Assembly: GCA_965222605.1 (NCBI GenBank) | Contig: OZ244960.1 | Location: 256,001 to 320,000, forward strand | DNA from: Candidatus Latescibacterota bacterium | GTDB taxonomy: Bacteria > Latescibacterota > UBA2968 | Reading direction: 5' to 3' | Length of the DNA stretch: 64,000 nucleotides | Shown: positions 18,308-30,122 of the stretch, piece by piece | Numbering within the stretch: the stretch's first letter is position 1 | Layout of the letters: the number at the start of each line of letters is the position of its first letter | Notes under the pieces: generated by a model | Databases searched by the model: none | Told to the model about the DNA's origin: nothing | Seen by the model: only the letters and a program-made list of their open reading frames with translations | Made by a program: the position numbers and the translations under genes

Positions 18308-18424
18308 TTATCCCTGTCGCTGTTTGTGTCGCGGGTTGACTTTGCAAATCACGCGCACGACACCGCGTCGGCGAATGATCTTGCAGTGATTGCAACGACG
18401 GCGAACAGATGATTGGACTTTCAT
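18308..18424 (-). CDS. rpmJ: 50S ribosomal protein L36 (below the ORF-track size cutoff)
   Basis: Manual translation [38 protein letters not shown]. Confidence 0.95.
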   Translation of the reverse strand: MKVQSSVRRRCNHCKIIRRRGVVRVICKVNPRHKQRQG

Positions 18425-18451
18425 AAATAAATCTCCAGCATTTTGAGTAAA

Positions 18452-19795
18452 TCAGGCTCGGCGCCCTCGAATGCGACCTTTTTTCATAAACCCATCGTAG
18501 TGACGCATCAGCAAATGCGATTCAACCTGCTGTAAAGTGTCGAGTGCCACACCGACCATAATCAACAAACCCGTGCCGCCAAATACTTGTTCGAGGCCAG
18601 GATGCACCCCCATAGAATTAATAATAAAGTATGGGCCAACGGCTATTGCTGCTAAGAAAATCGCACCTGGCATGTTGATTCGCGTAAGTACCCGATCAAT
18701 AAAATCTGACGTGCGTTTGCCCGGTCTGACGCCGGGAATAAATCCACCTTGCCGTTTCATATTATCAGCCAGATCAATCGGATTAAACACAATGGCGGTA
18801 TAAAAATAAGCAAAGAAAATAACCAGCAAGGAGTAAATAGACCAGTAGGGCAATGACACCCAGGACATGCTCGGCGTAAACGCAGCCGCGAGATTTTGCA
18901 TAAATACATTATTAGGGGCAAATCCGGCCATTGTCGCAGGTAAAAACATAATGGCTTGAGCAAAAATAATAGGCATCACGCCAGACGTATTGACTTTGAG
19001 CGGTATATGCGTGCTTTGCCCACCATATACCCGTCGTCCAACAACGCGTTTGGCGTATTGTACTGGAATTTTACGCGTGCCCTGTGTGATGAGCACCACC
19101 AGGGCGGTCAATGCAACAACGATAACTAAAACAGCTATTTCGATCAAAATAGGCTTGTCATTGGTCACAAAATCCCGATACTCCTGCCGCACGACAAAGG
19201 GCAATGCCGCAATAATGCCAATAAAAATGAGCAGCGACATCCCGTTGCCAATACCGTGTGCATCAATCTGCTCGCCCAACCACATAATAAACACGGTTCC
19301 GGCAGTAATTGTCAATACCGTCAACAACCGGAAGCCCCACCCGGGATAGAGTACGACCGAAAGTCCGGTATCTGGCGACTGAAGGCTTTCCAGGAAAAAA
19401 CTCACCCCCAAAGACTGCGCTGCAGCCAGTGCAACTGTGCCATACCGCGTATATTGAATGATTTTTTTTCGGCCTGCTTCCCCTTCTTTTTGAAGCTTTT
19501 GCAGGGATGGCACCACAGCACCCATCAATTGAAAAATAATGGACGCACTGATATAAGGCATAATACCCAGTGCAAATACCGTCGCACGGGTAAATGCCCC
19601 ACCTACAAACATGTCGTAGAGACCAAAGATCGTTTGGCTGGTGCCTGCAAAGAATTCACCCAGGGCAACCCGATCTATTCCGGGTATGGGGATCTGCCCA
19701 CCCAGGCGATAAATCGCCAGAATACCCAGCGTAAATAATACCTTATTTCGCAGCTCCGGAATCTTAAAAACGCTCTTGACGCTCTCGAGCAACAC
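18452..19795 (-). CDS. secY: Preprotein translocase SecY
   Basis: FALGIMPYISASII; PLKVNTSGVMPIIFA; GFIPGVRPG. Confidence 0.98.
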   Translation of the reverse strand: MLLESVKSVFKIPELRNKVLFTLGILAIYRLGGQIPIPGIDRVALGEFFAGTSQTIFGLYDMFVGGAFTRATVFALGIMPYISASIIFQLMGAVVPSLQKLQKEGEAGRKKIIQYTRYGTVALAAAQSLGVSFFLESLQSPDTGLSVVLYPGWGFRLLTVLTITAGTVFIMWLGEQIDAHGIGNGMSLLIFIGIIAALPFVVRQEYRDFVTNDKPILIEIAVLVIVVALTALVVLITQGTRKIPVQYAKRVVGRRVYGGQSTHIPLKVNTSGVMPIIFAQAIMFLPATMAGFAPNNVFMQNLAAAFTPSMSWVSLPYWSIYSLLVIFFAYFYTAIVFNPIDLADNMKRQGGFIPGVRPGKRTSDFIDRVLTRINMPGAIFLAAIAVGPYFIINSMGVHPGLEQVFGGTGLLIMVGVALDTLQQVESHLLMRHYDGFMKKGRIRGRRA

Positions 19796-19814
19796 CGCCT
19801 CCTCTCAGCCGTGC

Positions 19815-20285
19815 TCAGTCGGTTTTGGCCGCACCACCGATGTTGGCCTCAACATGTCCGCCAGCTGCAAGAATTTTTTTTGCTGCCGCAGCTGATATCG
19901 CCTGAACCCGAATCTGCAATGGTACTGAAATTTCGCCTCGCCCCAAAATTTTCACAGGGCGTTTTGTAGAGGCAATCAAACCCGTGGCTTTGAGCACTTC
20001 GGGCGTAATCTCGCCCGATAGTTCCCTGCTCGCCAAATCATCGAGGTTTACAATCTGATAGGTCACCCGAAAAGGATTATTAAACCCAACTTTCGGCAAG
20101 CGCTGTTGCAGGGGCGTTTGCCCCCCTTCAAACCAAGCTTTGCGCTTGGATCCCGAGCGCGCCCGCTGCCCTTTGTGCCCTTTGCCCGCAGTTTTGCCTG
20201 TCCCAGAGCCAGGACCAATACCCAAACGTTTCTTTTTAGAAGTTGCCCCTTGGGGCGGAGAGAGATTTCCAAGTTTCATTCTCAT
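19815..20285 (-). CDS. rplO: 50S ribosomal protein L15
   Basis: GSGTGKTAGKGHKGQRARSG; FEGGQTPL; start at 20285 or 20279. Confidence 0.96.
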   Translation of the reverse strand: MRMKLGNLSPPQGATSKKKRLGIGPGSGTGKTAGKGHKGQRARSGSKRKAWFEGGQTPLQQRLPKVGFNNPFRVTYQIVNLDDLASRELSGEITPEVLKATGLIASTKRPVKILGRGEISVPLQIRVQAISAAAAKKILAAGGHVEANIGGAAKTD

Positions 20286-20295
20286 ATCCCGCGTT

Positions 20296-20484
20296 TTAAT
20301 TTTCTTCAACTTGGACCAGATGTGCAACAATCGCCAGCATGCCGCGCAATTGAGGAGAATCAGCGTGTTCCACAGTATGCCGAATGCGGCGAATTCCCAA
20401 TGCATCCAGTGTTCGTTGTTGTTTTTTTTGCCGCCTAATTGAACTGCGAACTTGTGTAATCCGCAGTGTTTTTTGCTCGCCCAT
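20296..20484 (-). CDS. rpmD: 50S ribosomal protein L30
   Basis: LRITQVRSSI...TLDALGIRRI...RGML..VAHLV. Confidence 0.95.
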   Translation of the reverse strand: MGEQKTLRITQVRSSIRRQKKQQRTLDALGIRRIRHTVEHADSPQLRGMLAIVAHLVQVEEN

Positions 20485-21002
20485 CACTGCCCCCGTACAG
20501 AAACCAATTCGGATTCTTCTACACCGCGCAATAGTGCAAACATTCTCGCATCTTTCAACCGCGTTAATCCTTCCATCGCGGCTTTAACAGCATTCTGAGG
20601 GTTTTGAGAACCCAATGACTTTGTCAACACATTTTGAACACCAGCCAGTTCCAAAACCGCACGCACACCGCCTCCTGCAATAATTCCCGTGCCAGGCGCG
20701 GCGGGTTTGAGCAAAACGCGAGAAGCGCCAAACCGTCCAATAACCTCGTGAGGCAATGTGCCATCAACAACTGGCACGCGCACCAGATTCTTTTTTGCAT
20801 CGTCAGCAGCTTTGCGAATGGCTTCGGAGACTTCGCCCGCTTTCCCCATCCCAATACCCACAATGCTTTTTTTATCACCAATTACACAAAGCGCATTAAA
20901 AGCAAAACGTCGTCCACCTTTGCGAACGTGAGATACCCGTTTGATGCTGTTGTTGATGACGATTTCCGTCAGATCTAAACCCGTGGCTTCAATTCTGCTC
21001 AA
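20484..21002 (-). CDS. rpsE: 30S ribosomal protein S5
   Basis: KGGRRFAF; [12 protein letters not shown]; KSLGSQNP. Confidence 0.97.
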   Translation of the reverse strand: MSRIEATGLDLTEIVINNSIKRVSHVRKGGRRFAFNALCVIGDKKSIVGIGMGKAGEVSEAIRKAADDAKKNLVRVPVVDGTLPHEVIGRFGASRVLLKPAAPGTGIIAGGGVRAVLELAGVQNVLTKSLGSQNPQNAVKAAMEGLTRLKDARMFALLRGVEESELVSVRGQ

Positions 21003-21018
21003 AATCGACTCCTTAACA

Positions 21019-21393
21019 TTAAAATTTCAACCCGCCTTCGCGTGCACCTTCTGCCAATGCTTTGACACGACCGTGATAGAGATAACCAGCGCGGTCGAAA
21101 ACAACCTGCGAAATTCCGGCTTCCTGCGCTCTCACGGCCAAAGCTTTGCCCACTTCGCGGCTCTTATTGCATTTGCCTTCAATAGTTTGCAACTGATCTT
21201 TGAGCTGCGGAGCATTTGAGGATATACCCATTAGAGAACATCCATTCACATCATCAATCAATTGCGCCTGAATATGTTTTAGGCTCCTAAAAATCGTCAG
21301 ACGCGGGCGATCGGCCGTTCCCAAAAGTCTCTTCCTAATACGCATTTGACGACGTCTGTGCATCTTTGTCTTTTTAATTTGCTTATCTGCCAT
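21019..21393 (-). CDS. rplR: 50S ribosomal protein L18
   Basis: [13 protein letters not shown]; [18 protein letters not shown]. Confidence 0.97.
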   Translation of the reverse strand: MADKQIKKTKMHRRRQMRIRKRLLGTADRPRLTIFRSLKHIQAQLIDDVNGCSLMGISSNAPQLKDQLQTIEGKCNKSREVGKALAVRAQEAGISQVVFDRAGYLYHGRVKALAEGAREGGLKF

Positions 21394-21409
21394 TGAACAA
21401 CCTCAAAAT

Positions 21410-21976
21410 TTAAGCTACTGATGCCTTGCCGGCCTTGCGCCGCACGTATTCGTTACTGTAGCGGATACCTTTCCCCTTATAGGGTTCGGGAGGCCGAATA
21501 CTTCGGATATTCGCCGCTGTGCGTCCTACGAGTTCTTTGTCGGCTCCACTGATCTTAACCAGTGCCTGGGAATTTTCGATCTCAGAGGGAGGGGCATCAA
21601 CACTAAATTCAATTCCCTGAGGAGCTTCAACCGTCACTGGATGGCTGAACCCCACGTTGATGTCCAAATTTTTTCCTTTCATATCTGCGCGATATCCCAC
21701 CCCAACAACCACCAGTTGCTTTTCAAAGCCAGCCGAAACGCCCTGAACAGCATTTGCCAATAAAGCACGCGTAAGACCCCAAATAGATTTGTGATGCCGG
21801 TCTTCGGGATCTTGCACCGTGACAGAAAGGGATTCACCTTCTTGATTGGCCTGCGTGAGCGGATGTAAAGGCACCTGCAAAGTCCCTTTAGGACCTTTTA
21901 TTTTCGCCTGTGTGGTCCCTATTTGCACATTGACGTCCCCTGGAACGACAATCGGCTGCTTACCAATTCTCGACAC
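21410..21976 (-). CDS. rplF: 50S ribosomal protein L6
   Basis: MSRIGKQPI; RPPEPYKGKGI. Confidence 0.97.
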   Translation of the reverse strand: MSRIGKQPIVVPGDVNVQIGTTQAKIKGPKGTLQVPLHPLTQANQEGESLSVTVQDPEDRHHKSIWGLTRALLANAVQGVSAGFEKQLVVVGVGYRADMKGKNLDINVGFSHPVTVEAPQGIEFSVDAPPSEIENSQALVKISGADKELVGRTAANIRSIRPPEPYKGKGIRYSNEYVRRKAGKASVA

Positions 21977-21996
21977 GATGCACTCCTTCCAGACTT

Positions 21997-22392
21997 CTAC
22001 CAGACGCTACAAAGAACTTCGCCGCCAACACCTTCTCGACGCGCAGTTCGATCTGTCAAAATACCTTTTGATGTCGATAAAATAGCGACACCCAATCCAT
22101 TGAGTATTCGAGGAATTTCGTCTTTACCCACATATTTTCTCAAACCAGGGCGACTTTCGCGCTTCAATCCTAGAATCGCGCTTTCCTCATCGGGACTGTA
22201 TTTGAGATAAAGGCGCAAATAACCCTGTCGGTTGTCATCAATATACGCATAATTGTGAACAAAACCGCTTTCTTTTAAAATGCGGGCAATCTCGCGCTTC
22301 ATCCTGGAACTCGGAATATCCACCTTGCGATGTCCGGCGCGACATGCATTTCGCACACGCGTCAACATATCGGCAATCGGATCCGTCATCAT
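21997..22392 (-). CDS. rpsH: 30S ribosomal protein S8
   Basis: [14 protein letters not shown]; SRPGLRKY; GGEVLCSVW. Confidence 0.97.
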   Translation of the reverse strand: MMTDPIADMLTRVRNACRAGHRKVDIPSSRMKREIARILKESGFVHNYAYIDDNRQGYLRLYLKYSPDEESAILGLKRESRPGLRKYVGKDEIPRILNGLGVAILSTSKGILTDRTARREGVGGEVLCSVW

Positions 22393-22409
22393 GTGTGCTT
22401 CCCCCTCAG

Positions 22410-22595
22410 TTACCAACTGGCCTTTGTCACGCCGGGAATCTCACCAGCGAGGGCCAACTCGCGAAAACATATACGGCAAATACCAAATTTGCGCAAATAA
22501 CCGCGTGGCCTGCCGCATCTGTGACACCGATTATAGCGGCGGACTGCAAATTTCTGTTTGCGCTTTGCTTTGGCAATCATAGATTTTTTAGCCAT
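22410..22595 (-). CDS. rpsN: 30S ribosomal protein S14, zinc-binding (type Z) form
   Basis: MAKKSM...RCHRCGR...GICRICFR...PGVTKASW. Confidence 0.96.
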   Translation of the reverse strand: MAKKSMIAKAKRKQKFAVRRYNRCHRCGRPRGYLRKFGICRICFRELALAGEIPGVTKASW

Positions 22596-22621
22596 ATCAG
22601 ATCTAACTCCGTATTGATTCG

Positions 22622-23170
22622 TCAATCTTGTTTTTGAAACGGCATGCCCATTTCATTGAGCAGTTCAAAAGCCTCTTCATCGGTAGAGGCCGTAGTGACC
22701 AGGGTCACATCAAGGCCGCGAATTTTGTCGATTTGATCGTAGTCGATTTCGGGAAAAATAATTTGTTCCTGAATACCGACCGTATAGTTGCCACGGCCAT
22801 CAAATGAGCGCAGTGAAAGGCCGCGAAAGTCGCGAACACGCGGTACAGAAAAATTAAAAAACCGATCGAGAAATTCGTACATTCGAGATCTGCGAAGAGT
22901 GACAGCACAGCCAATGGGTACACCCTGTCGCAGCTTAAAATTTGAAACGGCTTTTCGCGCCCTGCGAATTGAGGGCCGCTGTCCTGCAATGCGGGTCAAA
23001 TCTTCAACAGCATTTTCAATAACTTTGGCATTGAGGACGGCTTCACCAACGCCCATGTTTAAGACAACCTTTTCCAATTTGGGCACCTGCATGCGATTTT
23101 TATACCCAAACCGCTGGATGAGCGCAGGTACGACTTCATTCTCGTAGTATTCTTGTAATCGCGTTGCCAT
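22622..23170 (-). CDS. rplE: 50S ribosomal protein L5
   Basis: [14 protein letters not shown]; PRVRDFRG; FDGRGNY. Confidence 0.97.
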   Translation of the reverse strand: MATRLQEYYENEVVPALIQRFGYKNRMQVPKLEKVVLNMGVGEAVLNAKVIENAVEDLTRIAGQRPSIRRARKAVSNFKLRQGVPIGCAVTLRRSRMYEFLDRFFNFSVPRVRDFRGLSLRSFDGRGNYTVGIQEQIIFPEIDYDQIDKIRGLDVTLVTTASTDEEAFELLNEMGMPFQKQD

Positions 23171-23180
23171 GTCGTCCTCG

Positions 23181-23501
23181 TTATTCAACTTCGGGAATTT
23201 GCTCACCACTTTTTTGAGCAATGCGCACACGCGTCCCGTCTTCAAAGCGCTGAATGCGAATCCGGGTCCGCTCATCGGTTTGTGAATCGACAACCATGAG
23301 ATTCGACACATGCAAGGGAGCTTCCTTTTCCACGATGCCACCTTGCTGGTTATTGGGATTGGGGCGCGTATGACGCTTGATGTTATTGATCCCTTCTACC
23401 AACACGCGTTCCTTTTTGGGCCACACATGCAAAACACGCCCTCGTTGACCGGTATAAACACCGCTTATCACCTCAACTTGATCACCCTTGCGAATCCTCA
23501 T
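23181..23501 (-). CDS. rplX: 50S ribosomal protein L24
   Basis: [15 protein letters not shown] motif; [14 protein letters not shown]. Confidence 0.97.
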   Translation of the reverse strand: MRIRKGDQVEVISGVYTGQRGRVLHVWPKKERVLVEGINNIKRHTRPNPNNQQGGIVEKEAPLHVSNLMVVDSQTDERTRIRIQRFEDGTRVRIAQKSGEQIPEVE

Positions 23502-23524
23502 CTCAACACACTTACCTTTCTTTT

Positions 23525-23893
23525 TTATATCACTTCGGGTGCCAAAGAAACAATGCGCATAAATCGTCTCTCTCGCAACTCGCGGGCGACAGGTCCAAAT
23601 ATGCGGGTCCCTCGAGGTTCGCCCTCTGCACTGATCAAAACCGCGGCGTTGTCATCAAATCGAATATAGGACCCATCTGCCCTTCGCGTCTCTTTCTTTG
23701 TACGGACGATCACGGCACGCGCAACATCACCGCGCTTCACTCCGCTGTTTGGCTGTGCATCTTTAATGGAAACCACGATGGTATCACCGAGTTTGCCATA
23801 CTTGCGTTTGGTGCCCCCTAAAATGCGGAAGCACATCACCTTTCGGGCACCCGTGTTATCCGCACAATTCAATACCGAATATTCCTGGACCAT
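23525..23893 (-). CDS. rplN: 50S ribosomal protein L14
   Basis: ADNTGA; FDDNAAV; GTRIFGPV; SLAPEVI. Confidence 0.98.
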   Translation of the reverse strand: MVQEYSVLNCADNTGARKVMCFRILGGTKRKYGKLGDTIVVSIKDAQPNSGVKRGDVARAVIVRTKKETRRADGSYIRFDDNAAVLISAEGEPRGTRIFGPVARELRERRFMRIVSLAPEVI

Positions 23894-23904
23894 GTTCTCT
23901 CCAC

Positions 23905-24165
23905 CTATTGCGCCTTTTTTATAATTTCCACCAACCGCCAGCGTTTGGTCTTGCTCAAAGGCCGCGTTTCAACAACCATCACCTCATCGCCAGCTCTGGC
24001 CTCATTGTTCTCATCGTGTGCCGCCAATTTTGAACGCCTTTGCATAACTTTTCCATAAAGAGGGTGTGGCACCTGCCGCCTCACCTCAACGACAATTGTT
24101 TTATTAGATTTATCGCTGACCACCAGCCCTACACGTGTTTTCCGATGCCTGCGAGTTTGCACCAT
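23905..24165 (-). CDS. rpsQ: 30S ribosomal protein S17
   Basis: [14 protein letters not shown]; HPLYGK; [11 protein letters not shown]. Confidence 0.96.
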   Translation of the reverse strand: MVQTRRHRKTRVGLVVSDKSNKTIVVEVRRQVPHPLYGKVMQRRSKLAAHDENNEARAGDEVMVVETRPLSKTKRWRLVEIIKKAQ

Positions 24166-24185
24166 ACAGCGATTCTCCTTAAAAA

Positions 24186-24398
24186 TTACGCATTGGGAAG
24201 TTCGCGAATGCCCAGTTCGTGTTCGCGCAACACGGTCTTTAGCCGGGCGAGATCCTTGCATGCATCTCGAAACGCAATTGGATTATCGAGCTGGCGCGTA
24301 GCCAACTGAATGCGAAGATTCACGAGTTCATCTTCTTGTTCGGCAATTCTTTCCCTTACATCATTTGCAGTTAGATCTCGGATTTCACTCGGTTTCAT
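24186..24398 (-). CDS. rpmC: 50S ribosomal protein L29
   Basis: MKPSEIR...[14 protein letters not shown]...ARLKTVLRE; operon position. Confidence 0.95.
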   Translation of the reverse strand: MKPSEIRDLTANDVRERIAEQEDELVNLRIQLATRQLDNPIAFRDACKDLARLKTVLREHELGIRELPNA

Positions 24399-24814
24399 TC
24401 GTCGTGTCTCCCGCGTTCTACAAAACGGCCTTTAATGGGCAATTTTTGGCTGGCCAATTTGATTGCGCGTTGCGCGCTTTCGCGTGGCACTCCCTCAATT
24501 TCAAACATGATCCGCCCGGGTTTGATGACTGCTACCCAGTATTCGGGATTGCCTTTGCCTTTTCCCATACGGGTCTCTGCAGGCTTAACTGTAAGAGGTT
24601 TATCTGGAAAAACGCGAATCCAAACTTTTCCACTACGCCCCAAAGCCCTGGAAATCGCTACGCGGGCTGCTTCAATCTGCCTGTTGGTAATCCATCCCGG
24701 TTCGAGAGCCTGCAAACCGTATTCGCCAAAAGAAATATTGGCCCCTCGAGAGGCCATACCTTTGCGACGCCCCCTCTGCTGCTTTCTCCATTTGACCCGT
24801 TTTGGCATTAACAT
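24395..24814 (-). CDS. rplP: 50S ribosomal protein L16
   Basis: [11 protein letters not shown]; RMGKGKG. Confidence 0.98.
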   Translation of the reverse strand: MLMPKRVKWRKQQRGRRKGMASRGANISFGEYGLQALEPGWITNRQIEAARVAISRALGRSGKVWIRVFPDKPLTVKPAETRMGKGKGNPEYWVAVIKPGRIMFEIEGVPRESAQRAIKLASQKLPIKGRFVERGRHDE

Positions 24815-24835
24815 AATAGCCGCTCCTGTCCCAAC

Positions 24836-25486
24836 TTAAGTTGCCAGATGGGCGTCGTGACCCACTTTTTCTCCATGACAGATCCAAACTTTTACCCCTA
24901 CTGTACCCGAGGTTGTATAAGCAGTAGATCTGGCATAGTCTATATCAGCGCGAAGCGTGTGGAGTGGAACGCGTCCTGCAGGCTCTGATTTTTCAACGCG
25001 AGACATTTCTGCTCCACCAAGACGGCCCCCACACACCACTTTAATCCCTTCAGCCCCCATGCGCACCGCTGAAGCAACGGCTTTTTTCATTGCACGGCGA
25101 AACGAGACGCGTTGCTCGAGTTGTCGGGAGATATTATCGGCGACGAGTTGGGCGTTGAGTTCCGGTCGCTTAATTTCGTTAATGTTGATATAAATTTCTT
25201 TCCCTGTCAGATGCTTTAACTCATCTCGCAATTTATCGACCTCTGCGCCTTTCCGCCCAATTACAATACCAGGACGAGCGGTGTAAATCGAAATTGTCAC
25301 CCGCTTGGGCGCACGCTCAATGTCTATTTGTGCGACGCTTGCCCGCTGCAGACGGCTGGTAATATATCGCCTGAGCATGAGATCTTCTTGAAGCAGGCTG
25401 GCAAAATCGCGATTGGCAAACCAGCGGGAATGCCAGTCTTTGACAATTCCCAACCTCACTCCGATTGGATGCGTTTTCTGGCCCAA
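24836..25486 (-). CDS. rpsC: 30S ribosomal protein S3
   Basis: [12 protein letters not shown] (TTG start); [10 protein letters not shown]; [13 protein letters not shown]. Confidence 0.97.
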   Translation of the reverse strand: MGQKTHPIGVRLGIVKDWHSRWFANRDFASLLQEDLMLRRYITSRLQRASVAQIDIERAPKRVTISIYTARPGIVIGRKGAEVDKLRDELKHLTGKEIYININEIKRPELNAQLVADNISRQLEQRVSFRRAMKKAVASAVRMGAEGIKVVCGGRLGGAEMSRVEKSEPAGRVPLHTLRADIDYARSTAYTTSGTVGVKVWICHGEKVGHDAHLAT

Positions 25487-25496
25487 AGTGATTCTC

Positions 25497-25838
25497 CTAT
25501 TCCTCGTCTGAAACAACCAGCGTGATGTGGCTATATCGCTTGAGAATCATGCCGGCAGCACCGCGTGGCTGAGGACGCAACCGCTTTAACGCGATACCAC
25601 CATCGACAAATGCTTCTTTCACAAAGAGCACTTCTTCAACCGCGGATTCTTCTTCGCGGTTGACCGCATTTGCAACCGCGGATTGCAAGGTGCGCGCTAC
25701 AATACGCGCGGCCTTTTTAGGTGTAAATTGCAGGATGTGGAAAGCTTCCTCCACATCTTTACCCCGCACGAGATCAACCACCTGTCGCACTTTGCGCGGT
25801 GAAATTCTTGAATAGCGCAATATCGCCCGAGCTTCCAT
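25497..25838 (-). CDS. rplV: 50S ribosomal protein L22
   Basis: [16 protein letters not shown]; SAVANA; SHITLVV. Confidence 0.97.
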   Translation of the reverse strand: MEARAILRYSRISPRKVRQVVDLVRGKDVEEAFHILQFTPKKAARIVARTLQSAVANAVNREEESAVEEVLFVKEAFVDGGIALKRLRPQPRGAAGMILKRYSHITLVVSDEE

Positions 25839-25860
25839 TTAAAATTCCCATCTCAAAATA

Positions 25861-26148
25861 TCACTGCAAAGAAGTGGCGCGTTCAGTAGATCGACCTCGC
25901 CCCCCCCGATGCGTACGCGTGGGAGCAAATTCCCCGAGTTTGTGTCCAACCATGTTTTCCGTAATATAAACGGGGATAAATTTATTTCCATTGTGTACAG
26001 CCAGCGTATGTCCCACAAACTCTGGCGCAATTGTCGATCGTCGCGCCCACGTCTGAATAACCCGCTTATTACCAGCCTTATTCATCTGCTCGATCTTTTT
26101 TGAGAGACTCGGCTCAATAAAAGGCCCTTTTTTGATTGACCGTGCCAT
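25861..26148 (-). CDS. rpsS: 30S ribosomal protein S19
   Basis: RSIKKGPF; [13 protein letters not shown]. Confidence 0.98.
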   Translation of the reverse strand: MARSIKKGPFIEPSLSKKIEQMNKAGNKRVIQTWARRSTIAPEFVGHTLAVHNGNKFIPVYITENMVGHKLGEFAPTRTHRGGRGRSTERATSLQ

Positions 26149-26164
26149 AAAATAATGCTCCTGA

Positions 26165-26989
26165 TTACTTGCGCCGCTGAATGATCATTTGATCAGATTT
26201 ATTTTTCTTTTTTCGCGTTTTATATCCCTTTGTGGGTTGCCCCCAGGGCGTCACTGGATGCCTGCCGCCTGTTGCTCGCCCCTCTCCTCCACCATGTGGA
26301 TGATCGATTGGGTTCATTGCAACACCACGCACTTTCGGACGTCTGCCCAACCAGCGACCCCGTCCTGCTTTTCCGACAACGACATTTTCATGCTCTAAAT
26401 TACCAACCTGCCCAATGGTCGCATAACACGATACCGAGACCAACCGCCGCTCGCCAGAAGGCAAACGCAGGGTTGCAAAATTGCCTTCTTTGGCCATCAC
26501 CTGAATTTCAGCACCCGCCGAGCGACCAATTTGTCCACCTTTTCCTGGTTTGAGTTCAACATTGTGTACATTGCTACCCAAAGGAATACTCGCCAAAGGA
26601 AGCGCGTTGCCGGGACGGATATCTGCATCTGCACCAGACGCGACTTTATCGCCAACACTTAGACCAATTGGTGCCAGAATATAGCGTTTTTCACCATCGA
26701 CATAATGCAAGAGTGCAATGCGGGCTGATCGATTTGGATCGTACTCAATGCTATGCACAATTGCAGGCACACCCACTTTATCGCGCTTGAAATCAATTCG
26801 ACGATACTGGCGCCGATGCCCGCCACCGCGACGACGGCTCGTGATACGCCCCCGATTATTGCGTCCCCCAGATTTTTTATTGGGTTCAACAAGTGATTTC
26901 TCTGGCGTATTTTTAGTAATCTCTTCAAAAGAAGAGACTGTCTTAAATCGCAACGAAGGCGTTAATGGGCGAAACTTCTTGACCGGCAT
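26165..26989 (-). CDS. rplB: 50S ribosomal protein L2
   Basis: EYDPNRSA; [17 protein letters not shown]. Confidence 0.98.
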   Translation of the reverse strand: MPVKKFRPLTPSLRFKTVSSFEEITKNTPEKSLVEPNKKSGGRNNRGRITSRRRGGGHRRQYRRIDFKRDKVGVPAIVHSIEYDPNRSARIALLHYVDGEKRYILAPIGLSVGDKVASGADADIRPGNALPLASIPLGSNVHNVELKPGKGGQIGRSAGAEIQVMAKEGNFATLRLPSGERRLVSVSCYATIGQVGNLEHENVVVGKAGRGRWLGRRPKVRGVAMNPIDHPHGGGEGRATGGRHPVTPWGQPTKGYKTRKKKNKSDQMIIQRRK

Positions 26990-26994
26990 GAGAT

Positions 26995-27282
26995 TTATCC
27001 TTCAAAGAAGTCGATGCTGTGTCCATCGGCAAGGGTGACAACAGCCTTTTTCCAGTTGGAACGGCGTCCCTGAAACCGTCCAAGTCGCTTGATCTTGCCG
27101 TGCATTGTGCTCGTATTGACCTTTACGACCTCGACATCAAACATGGCTCCAACCGCACGCTGAATATCGACTTTGTTTGCACCGCGGAGAACTTCAAATA
27201 CATATTTATTCTGGCTTTCCTGCAAATTAGAAGCCCGCTCTGTAATAACGGGACGCCGAATAATCTGCATAGAATTTTTCAC
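26995..27282 (-). CDS. rplW: 50S ribosomal protein L23
   Basis: IIRRPVITE; WKKAVVTL. Confidence 0.96.
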   Translation of the reverse strand: MKNSMQIIRRPVITERASNLQESQNKYVFEVLRGANKVDIQRAVGAMFDVEVVKVNTSTMHGKIKRLGRFQGRRSNWKKAVVTLADGHSIDFFEG

Positions 27283-27911
27283 GAGGCCCCCCACAGAGCA
27301 CGAATGCGAGAAACTGCACTGCACGTGAGAACCAGAACATCTGCATTGACCACGTCATAAGTTGAAACTTGCGAAACGGGTAATACGGAAAGTCTGGGGA
27401 TATTTCGACAGGATTTGACGGTATTTTCAGCGATACCATCCGTCAAGAGCAATACCTTTTGCCCTTGAATTTCAAGCATTTGTGTCATTTGTGCCATTCG
27501 CTTTGTTTTGGGCACCTCAAGCTCAAAATCGTCCAGGATAGATATGGCTTTACCGAGTGCTTTTTGTGAAAATGCCGAGCGTATGGCCAGCTTTTTGACT
27601 TTCTTGGGCACGCGTTCCCGAAAATATCTCGGCCTGGGACCGTGGGCTACCCCACCGCCGATCAGAATAGGCGATCCAGCAGTGCCCTTACGGGCACGAC
27701 CAGTACCTTTTTGTCGGTACATCTTCCGTTTTGACCGATTGACTTCTGCGCGGGTTTTTGTCGAGGCATTGCCTTGCCGCTGATTAGTCAAATACGCTTT
27801 AACGACATAATAGATCGCGTCAGCCGATGGTTCAATTCCAAAAACTGTTTCGGGTAGCTCCATCGAGCCAACTTCTTCACCTTCAAGATTGCAAACCTCA
27901 ACAGATGCCAT
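27279..27911 (-). CDS. rplD: 50S ribosomal protein L4
   Basis: RQGNASTKTR; RQKGTGRAR; GGGVAHGP. Confidence 0.97.
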   Translation of the reverse strand: MASVEVCNLEGEEVGSMELPETVFGIEPSADAIYYVVKAYLTNQRQGNASTKTRAEVNRSKRKMYRQKGTGRARKGTAGSPILIGGGVAHGPRPRYFRERVPKKVKKLAIRSAFSQKALGKAISILDDFELEVPKTKRMAQMTQMLEIQGQKVLLLTDGIAENTVKSCRNIPRLSVLPVSQVSTYDVVNADVLVLTCSAVSRIRALWGAS

Positions 27912-27928
27912 AATCGCCTTACCTCAAA

Positions 27929-28552
27929 TCAGTTGCGTTTCTCAATAACAACCGTAGCTCCCTTACCGCCTGGCACGGCACCTTTTAGGAGGAGCAAATT
28001 TTGATCGGTATCTACACCCACGACCTTTAAGCCCCGAACAGTTACCCGCTCGTCACCCATATGGCCTGCCATGCGCATACCCTTAAACACCCGTGAAGGA
28101 GTCGAGCTTTGACCTATTGAACCGGGCGCGCGATGTCGATCTGATTGTCCATGGGTTTTGGGGCCACCTCTGAATCCGTGACGCTTGACACTGCCCTGGA
28201 ATCCACGACCTTTTGATCGGGCAGTAACATCGACAACCTCGCCTGCCTCAAACATGCTGACATTGAGCATCTCGCCTATAGCATATTCGGAGACATCATC
28301 AACTCGAAATTCTGCAAGACCTCGATGGGGATTAACACCTGCCTTCTTGAAAATCCCCTGATCCGCACGATTTAGCCGATTGACCCGAGTCTCATCATAC
28401 CCAACTCTCAAAGCCAAATACCCATCCGAATTCCTATCTTTAATCTGAACAATGGGACACGGAACAACTTCGAGGACTGTGACAGGCGCCAGCATTTCTG
28501 CATCATCAAATGCCTGAGTCATACCGATTTTTTTTCCAATCAATCCCAGCAC
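27929..28552 (-). CDS. rplC: 50S ribosomal protein L3
   Basis: GKKIGMTQ; SKGRGFQG; HRAPGSIG. Confidence 0.97.
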   Translation of the reverse strand: MLGLIGKKIGMTQAFDDAEMLAPVTVLEVVPCPIVQIKDRNSDGYLALRVGYDETRVNRLNRADQGIFKKAGVNPHRGLAEFRVDDVSEYAIGEMLNVSMFEAGEVVDVTARSKGRGFQGSVKRHGFRGGPKTHGQSDRHRAPGSIGQSSTPSRVFKGMRMAGHMGDERVTVRGLKVVGVDTDQNLLLLKGAVPGGKGATVVIEKRN

Positions 28553-28554
28553 GA

Positions 28555-28863
28555 TTACACCTTGATTTCAATATCGATACCCGCAGGCAGATCCAGTTTC
28601 ATCAGGGCATCTACCGTTTGGGGTGTTGAGTTGTGAATGTCGATAAGGCGCTTGTGTACGCGCATTTCAAACTGCTCGCGCGATTTTTTATCGACATGTG
28701 GAGATCGCAATACCGTGTAGAGCGAGCGCTTCGTCGGCAGAGGAATGGGGCCTGAAATAAGCGCCCCAGTCCGTTTTGCCGTCCGAACGATTTCTTCAGC
28801 AGAGCGATCCAGCGCATTGTGGTTGTATGCTTTCAGTCTAATTCTAATTTTCTGTGCAGCCAC
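28555..28863 (-). CDS. rpsJ: 30S ribosomal protein S10
   Basis: IRIRLKAY; GPIPLPT; [14 protein letters not shown]. Confidence 0.98.
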   Translation of the reverse strand: MAAQKIRIRLKAYNHNALDRSAEEIVRTAKRTGALISGPIPLPTKRSLYTVLRSPHVDKKSREQFEMRVHKRLIDIHNSTPQTVDALMKLDLPAGIDIEIKV

Positions 28864-28883
28864 GAGGTACCCCTTCGCAGTTC

Positions 28884-30077
28884 TTATTCAACAATTTCAG
28901 TAATCACACCCGAGCCAATGGTTCGACCACCTTCCCGCACGGCAAATCGCAGTTCGATTTCTATAGCGATTGGCGTAAACAGTTCTACAGACATGGTCAC
29001 ATTATCGCCAGGCATCACCATTTCTACGCCATCGGGCAACTCTACCTTGCCAGTCACATCCGTTGTGCGAAAATAGAACTGGGGTTGATAACCCGTAAAG
29101 AAAGGTTTGCTGCGTCCACCTTCTTTGTCTGTCAGCACATAAACTTCGCCTTTAAACTTTTTGTGAGGTGTCACTGAGCCTGGCTTGGCAACCACCATGC
29201 CGCGTTCAATTTCATTTTTGTCAACACCGCGAAGCAACAAACCGACATTGTCACCAGCCCTGCCCTCATCGAGCAATTTGCGGAACATTTCCACACCAGT
29301 AACTGTTGTCTTGCGACTCTCGCGAATGCCCACAATCTCAACTTCCTCATTGATATTGATCACACCGCGTTCAATACGCCCAGTACCGACTGTACCGCGC
29401 CCCGTAATCGTAAATACATCCTCAACCGGCATCAAAAAATCTTTGTCAATCTCGCGCACAGGCTCTGGGATATTTTCATCTACGGCTTCCATCAACTCCC
29501 AGATACAGGCGCAATCTTCGGAATCGGGATCGTCAGACTCTAAAGCTTTGAGAGCAGACCCCTGAATCACTGGCACATCATCGCCGGGAAAATCGTATTG
29601 ATCCAACAACTCGCGGACTTCCATATCGACCAGTTCGAGCAATTCCTCATCATCGACCATATCGACCTTATTCATAAATACCACGATAGAAGGCACATTG
29701 ACCTGGCGTGAAAGCAGAATATGCTCGCGGGTCTGAATCATGGGACCATCTGCGGCACTAACGACCAAAATCGCGCCATCCATCTGCGCGGCACCCGTGA
29801 TCATGTTTTTCACATAGTCAGCATGTCCGGGACAATCTACATGAGCGTAGTGCCGATTTTCCGTCTGATACTCCACATGAGCCGTATTAATGGTGATTCC
29901 ACGCTCTTTTTCTTCGGGTGCTTTATCAATGTCGTCAAAGGGCATATAATCGGCAAGCCCCTTGGCTGCCAGCGTCTTGGTAATAGCGGCTGTCAGCGTG
30001 GTTTTACCGTGATCAACATGCCCGATTGTCCCGATATTGACATGGGGTTTGTCCCGTTCAAATTTTTCCTTCGCCAT
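28884..30077 (-). CDS. tuf: Elongation factor Tu
   Basis: [11 protein letters not shown]; [15 protein letters not shown]; NKVD. Confidence 0.99.
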   Translation of the reverse strand: MAKEKFERDKPHVNIGTIGHVDHGKTTLTAAITKTLAAKGLADYMPFDDIDKAPEEKERGITINTAHVEYQTENRHYAHVDCPGHADYVKNMITGAAQMDGAILVVSAADGPMIQTREHILLSRQVNVPSIVVFMNKVDMVDDEELLELVDMEVRELLDQYDFPGDDVPVIQGSALKALESDDPDSEDCACIWELMEAVDENIPEPVREIDKDFLMPVEDVFTITGRGTVGTGRIERGVININEEVEIVGIRESRKTTVTGVEMFRKLLDEGRAGDNVGLLLRGVDKNEIERGMVVAKPGSVTPHKKFKGEVYVLTDKEGGRSKPFFTGYQPQFYFRTTDVTGKVELPDGVEMVMPGDNVTMSVELFTPIAIEIELRFAVREGGRTIGSGVITEIVE

Positions 30078-30122
30078 ATTTTCCTCCTAAAAAGATCGAA
30101 CGAAAATAGAAGCCGCGTTCGC

